Shown in pieces: positions 60,203 through 64,000 of a DNA stretch of 64,000 nucleotides. The notes beneath the pieces are model-generated. The model did no database searches. It was not told the DNA's origin and worked only from the letters and a program-made list of their open reading frames with translations. This stretch comes from Thermoproteota archaeon (GTDB lineage Archaea; Thermoproteota; Thermoprotei; Gearchaeales; Gearchaeaceae). The translations under genes were made by a program, and so were the position numbers. The first letter of the stretch is position 1, and each line of letters starts with the position of its first letter. The stretch lies in assembly GCA_041640715.1 (NCBI GenBank), contig JBEPZU010000001.1:10535-74534 (forward strand). The letters run 5' to 3'.

Positions 60203-60634
60203 GTGAAAAAAAGGGCTATAAGTGAGCTCCTATCTTCAATGATCAGCACGGCTTTAGTGTTATCCTTAATTCTTTTCTCTTACTTTATTGTTTATGAAAA
60301 TTTTTCTAAGCAATATTTTGATTTCAATAATAAGGTAAATAAATTTAAGGAATTCTCAAAAAAAATTTTAGTAATTGAACATATTCAAATATTAAAAAAT
60401 AATTCTTTAATAGTTTTAATAAGAAACCGTAGCAGTCTAAATATAACATTAGAAAAACTTGAGATCATAAGTGATAAATCAGTAGAAGAAATTAAATTGT
60501 CAATAATCTTAGGCCCTAACGTTCTTCGTTTGTTAAAGCTTAAGCTTATAAGCAATAGTATAGAAGAAATAATTCTTTATTATGCATTTGAAAATTTTCA
60601 AGATAAACTAATATTATACGCTTCTAAGGCGTAA
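60203..60634 (+). CDS. Archaeal type IV pilin-like protein
   Basis: KKRA/ISELLSSMISTALVLSL class III signal peptide. Confidence 0.7.
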   Translation: MKKRAISELLSSMISTALVLSLILFSYFIVYENFSKQYFDFNNKVNKFKEFSKKILVIEHIQILKNNSLIVLIRNRSSLNITLEKLEIISDKSVEEIKLSIILGPNVLRLLKLKLISNSIEEIILYYAFENFQDKLILYASKA

Positions 60635-60695
60635 AAAAGATTGGAATTATATCGTCGAACACAGAATTAAATATTTGAATTGTCTTATTTCAACA

Positions 60696-62060
60696 ATGGG
60701 AAGACTTTTTGGAACAAACGGTGTTAGAGGTGTTTTCGGTGAGCTCATTTCTCCCCCTTTTGTTTATCATCTTGCAGAATCCATAGGGAAATATTTCTCA
60801 GGGAAAGAAATACTAGTGGGCTGTGACACTAGATACACCAAGGAAGTGCTTCTTAGAGCTGTTTTCGCAGGTCTGAGCGCAGCAGGAAGTAAATTTTACT
60901 ACTCAGGAATAGCTCCTACGCCTGCTCATCAATATGCCGTTAAACATTATGGTTTAGATGGTGGCATAGTGGTAACAGCGAGTCATAATCCGCCAGAATA
61001 CAATGGGATAAAAGTACTTGGTGAGAACGGTGATGAGTTACCTCATAAGGAAGAGGATAAAATAGAAGAAATATTTTTTGAAGAGAAATCATCCAATGCT
61101 GGGAATCCTACGAAATGTCTGGGCGAACTAGATAGCATTAATCCTTATGTTACTGCCATAAAAGAGAAGGTGGATTTCGAATTGATTTCTAAGAATAGAT
61201 TTAAGATAATCGTGGATCCTGCATGCGGTGCTGCTTCTCTTTGTGTAGCTAAATTAGCCAAAGCTCTTGGAGTAAAGGCTTTTCTAATAAATTCTCAGCC
61301 AGACGGTTATTTTCCCTCAAGAGAACCTGAGCCTTTGATGGAAAATTTGAAGGAATTGTCAGAATTTTCTAGATCCTTAAATCCCGACCTCGCCATAGCT
61401 TTTGATGGAGATGCAGATAGAGCAATATTCTTAGACGAAAAAGGTAGAATAATCTGGGGTGATAGAAGCGGTGCAATTCTATCTAGATACGTGATAAGAA
61501 AACACGGAAAGGGGTATCTTGTTGTAGGTGTTAGTGCTTCTTCTCTAGTTGAAAAAGTAGTAAAAGAAGAGGGAGGGGAAGTGGTTTGGACTAAAGTCGG
61601 TAGTGTGATTATAACAGAAAAGATAAATGAGTTATTGAAAAAAGGAGTTTTTGCCTTTGGTCTTGAGGAAAATGGTGGTTTCTTCTATACTCCTCATCAG
61701 CCTACAAGAGATGGTTGCATGAGCTTAGCTTTAATGTTAGAATGCCTAGCAAAAACTGGAAAAAAATTAAGCGTACTTAACGATGAACTGCCCAAATTAT
61801 GGATGTTGAAGACTAAAATTGAAGCTAAAGGTGTTGATAGAAACCTAGTCATTGAAAAACTCGCCGAAATATTCTCTGGTTATAAACAAGATAAGATCGA
61901 TGGTGTTAGAGTATGGTTAAATGAGAACGAATGGTTCTTAGCTAGACCTAGTGGAACAGAGCCTTTGATAAGGATATTTGCAGAATCATACTCTCAAGAA
62001 TCTGCAATGGTTATACTAGAAAAAGTCAAAAATATACTTCGAGGTCTTTTGGAAAAATGA
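60696..62060 (+). CDS. Phosphoglucomutase/phosphomannomutase family protein
   Basis: FGTNGVRG, TASHNP, DGDADR, RPSGTEP. Confidence 0.96.
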   Translation: MGRLFGTNGVRGVFGELISPPFVYHLAESIGKYFSGKEILVGCDTRYTKEVLLRAVFAGLSAAGSKFYYSGIAPTPAHQYAVKHYGLDGGIVVTASHNPPEYNGIKVLGENGDELPHKEEDKIEEIFFEEKSSNAGNPTKCLGELDSINPYVTAIKEKVDFELISKNRFKIIVDPACGAASLCVAKLAKALGVKAFLINSQPDGYFPSREPEPLMENLKELSEFSRSLNPDLAIAFDGDADRAIFLDEKGRIIWGDRSGAILSRYVIRKHGKGYLVVGVSASSLVEKVVKEEGGEVVWTKVGSVIITEKINELLKKGVFAFGLEENGGFFYTPHQPTRDGCMSLALMLECLAKTGKKLSVLNDELPKLWMLKTKIEAKGVDRNLVIEKLAEIFSGYKQDKIDGVRVWLNENEWFLARPSGTEPLIRIFAESYSQESAMVILEKVKNILRGLLEK

Positions 62061-63112
62061 AATGGATAATTTCGATGCCTAGAGTTGATCCTGCTATGGA
62101 AAAAGGAGTGATAGTAAAAATAATGAAGAAAAAAGGCGAGAGGGTTTCTAAAGATGAACTTATCTTGAAAGTAATGACCGAGAAAGCTACGTTTGAGGTT
62201 CATTCTCCCTACACAGGTTTTGTTAGCAATATATTTCATGAAGAAGGAGAGGAATTGGTTGTAGGAGAGCCAATATTAGAAATATCTGAAGAAGAAGTCA
62301 AGGAGGATATTAGAGGAGAAGAAATATTGGCAACCCCTGCTGCCAGAAGATTGGCAAGGGAGCATGGAATAGATTTACGCGAAATAAAAGGAACAGGACC
62401 CCAAGGCAGGATAACTCAAGAAGATGTCTTGCTTTACCTAAGTAAAAGAAAAGAAATCACTGAAGAAACGATCCCCCTTTCGCCTATTAGGAAGATAATA
62501 GCTCTAAGAGTCGAAGAAAGCCATAGAACAATACCTCAATTAGCCGTTAATATGGTAGTAAAGGTAGGTAAATTATTAAAGCATAGAAATGAGAATAAAT
62601 TCAGTTTTGATTCCTATTTCATTTACGCTTCTTCTCGAGCATTAAAAAATTTTAATCTGCTTAATTCATATTTTAAAGAAAATAGGATAATAATAAGAAA
62701 GCAAATAAACATAGCCTTTGCCTTGAACATAAACGATGATCTTTATATGCCGGTTATAAAGAACGCTGATGCAAAGAGCTTGATGGAAATAGATAAAGAA
62801 CATGCACTGCTTGTAGAGAAAGCTAAAAAAGGTTCTTTATCTTTAGAAGATCTTCAGGACTCTACTTTTGCAATAACCAATCTTGGGCCTTTTGGTATTC
62901 TAAGCTTTAATCCTCTAATATATCCTTCCAATTCAGCAATTCTAGGAATAGGGACTGTTCATCATATCGTAGAATTCCTTGAGGACTCCTTCATAATAAC
63001 TCCAGCGATAATAATGAGCCTTAGCTTTGACCACAGAATTGTAGATGGAGTTTATGCAGCTAGGTTCCTTAATGAAATTAAAAAAATAATAGAAAATGGA
63101 GATTTCGGATAG
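62057..63112 (+). CDS. 2-oxoacid/acetoin dehydrogenase E2 (dihydrolipoamide acyltransferase)
   Basis: Lipoyl domain TEKAT, E3-binding ATPAARRLA...GTGPQGRI, DHRIVDG. Confidence 0.95.
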   Translation: MKWIISMPRVDPAMEKGVIVKIMKKKGERVSKDELILKVMTEKATFEVHSPYTGFVSNIFHEEGEELVVGEPILEISEEEVKEDIRGEEILATPAARRLAREHGIDLREIKGTGPQGRITQEDVLLYLSKRKEITEETIPLSPIRKIIALRVEESHRTIPQLAVNMVVKVGKLLKHRNENKFSFDSYFIYASSRALKNFNLLNSYFKENRIIIRKQINIAFALNINDDLYMPVIKNADAKSLMEIDKEHALLVEKAKKGSLSLEDLQDSTFAITNLGPFGILSFNPLIYPSNSAILGIGTVHHIVEFLEDSFIITPAIIMSLSFDHRIVDGVYAARFLNEIKKIIENGDFG

Positions 63113-63830
63113 GATTAGAATAATAGAAAGCAGGAACAAAGATGTTGCGATGAATTTAGCTCTAGAAGAAGCTCTTCTTGAATTGGTAAACAAATGCATG
63201 TCTCCAAGTTCTTTTAGGATTTGGAGCACTAGGCCGTGTGCTATTATTTCTTTCAATCAAAGCATATTCGATTTAATAGATGTAAAATATTGCTTAGATT
63301 TTGGCATAGAATTAAACAGAAGGATAACAGGAGGAGGCGCTATTTATTCTGATGAAGGTAACTTGAATTGGAGTTTTTATCTTAAAAGAAAATCCTTCGA
63401 GAAGTTATCGATCGTGGAGCTTTATAGAACAATAGCCAATATAATAATAGAGGGTCTTTATAGAACAGCGGCGATAAAAGCTCAATTTCACGAACCCAAT
63501 TGGATAGGCATTAAAGGTAATAAAATTTCTGGGATGGCAGGATATATAAAAAAGAATGCAATACTGATCCATGGAACATTTCTAGTCTTCACCAATCAAG
63601 CTAGATTGGCTACTGTTTGTAAGCGACACCTTGAATATCCTCCGACCATGAATATAATAGAGCTAAGCCCCAATTTCACTATTGAAGATGCTCGAAATGC
63701 ATTAAAGGAAGGTGTAAGAAGGAAATTCAAGGAGTATTATGAAGATGAGTTAAACGAAGAAGAAAAGGAATTAGCTTCTAAGTTAGTTGAGGAGAAATAT
63801 ACCAATTTATCTTGGATATTCTTGAAATGA
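63096..63830 (+). CDS. lplA: Lipoate-protein ligase A (catalytic domain)
   Basis: NLALEEAL, RRITGGGAIY, KISG, HGT. Confidence 0.93.
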   Translation: MEISDRIRIIESRNKDVAMNLALEEALLELVNKCMSPSSFRIWSTRPCAIISFNQSIFDLIDVKYCLDFGIELNRRITGGGAIYSDEGNLNWSFYLKRKSFEKLSIVELYRTIANIIIEGLYRTAAIKAQFHEPNWIGIKGNKISGMAGYIKKNAILIHGTFLVFTNQARLATVCKRHLEYPPTMNIIELSPNFTIEDARNALKEGVRRKFKEYYEDELNEEEKELASKLVEEKYTNLSWIFLK

Positions 63831-64000
63831 AAGCAGCTGTGCTATATGGGATTAGGGATTTAAGAATAGAAGACAGAGAAATCCCTAAGATTGGGGAAGG
63901 AGAGGTTTTAGTAAAAATCAAATATGCCCTAACTTGTGGCACAGATTTAAAGGCATACGAAAGAGGGCATCCTTACATAAAATATCCTATAATACTAGGT
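63827..64000 (+). CDS. Zinc-dependent alcohol dehydrogenase (MDR), 5' part, runs off window
   Basis: MKAAVLYGIRDLRIED...EVLVKI...CGTD...YPIILG. Confidence 0.9.
   Translation, partial: MKAAVLYGIRDLRIEDREIPKIGEGEVLVKIKYALTCGTDLKAYERGHPYIKYPIILG

Overview
AT-rich, very densely packed archaeal core-genome window. Split rpoA1/rpoA2, rps7 directly followed by EF-1alpha with no EF-2, a cbf5 mRNA intron and a TFS paralogue point to the TACK/Thermoproteota group; finer taxonomy is not determinable here. It holds: the RNA polymerase-str cluster, the S10-spc ribosomal superoperon, pheST, dnaG, pelota, tRNA/rRNA modification genes, tfe/mbf1/nac, ABCE1, fbp/tpi, the csl4-rpoL-tfs-pcna-priL-priS-gins-L44e-S27e-eIF2a cluster, aglB, carS, dhys, two pilin-like genes and a pgm-E2-lplA-adh run. 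RNA genes are six tRNAs, SRP RNA and one unannotated K-turn hairpin RNA. I saw no mobile elements, CRISPR arrays or rRNA. The most notable items not explained by the ORF track are: (1) tRNA-Ser(UGA) with a 13-nt bulge-helix-bulge (BHB) intron at position 8/9 behind a duplicated 5' end; (2) a 28-aa (F/L/I-E-E)n acidic micro-gene upstream of a truncated TFS paralogue and ABCE1; (3) an OST3/OST6-like membrane protein near aglB; (4) an H/ACA-like K-turn RNA upstream of dnaG; (5) a 14-nt BHB intron splitting the catalytic Asp codon of cbf5; (6) tRNA genes overlapping or abutting CDSs; (7) a 36-aa basic small ORF upstream of the L3 operon. All assignments are by eye from motifs and synteny; no database searches were run.
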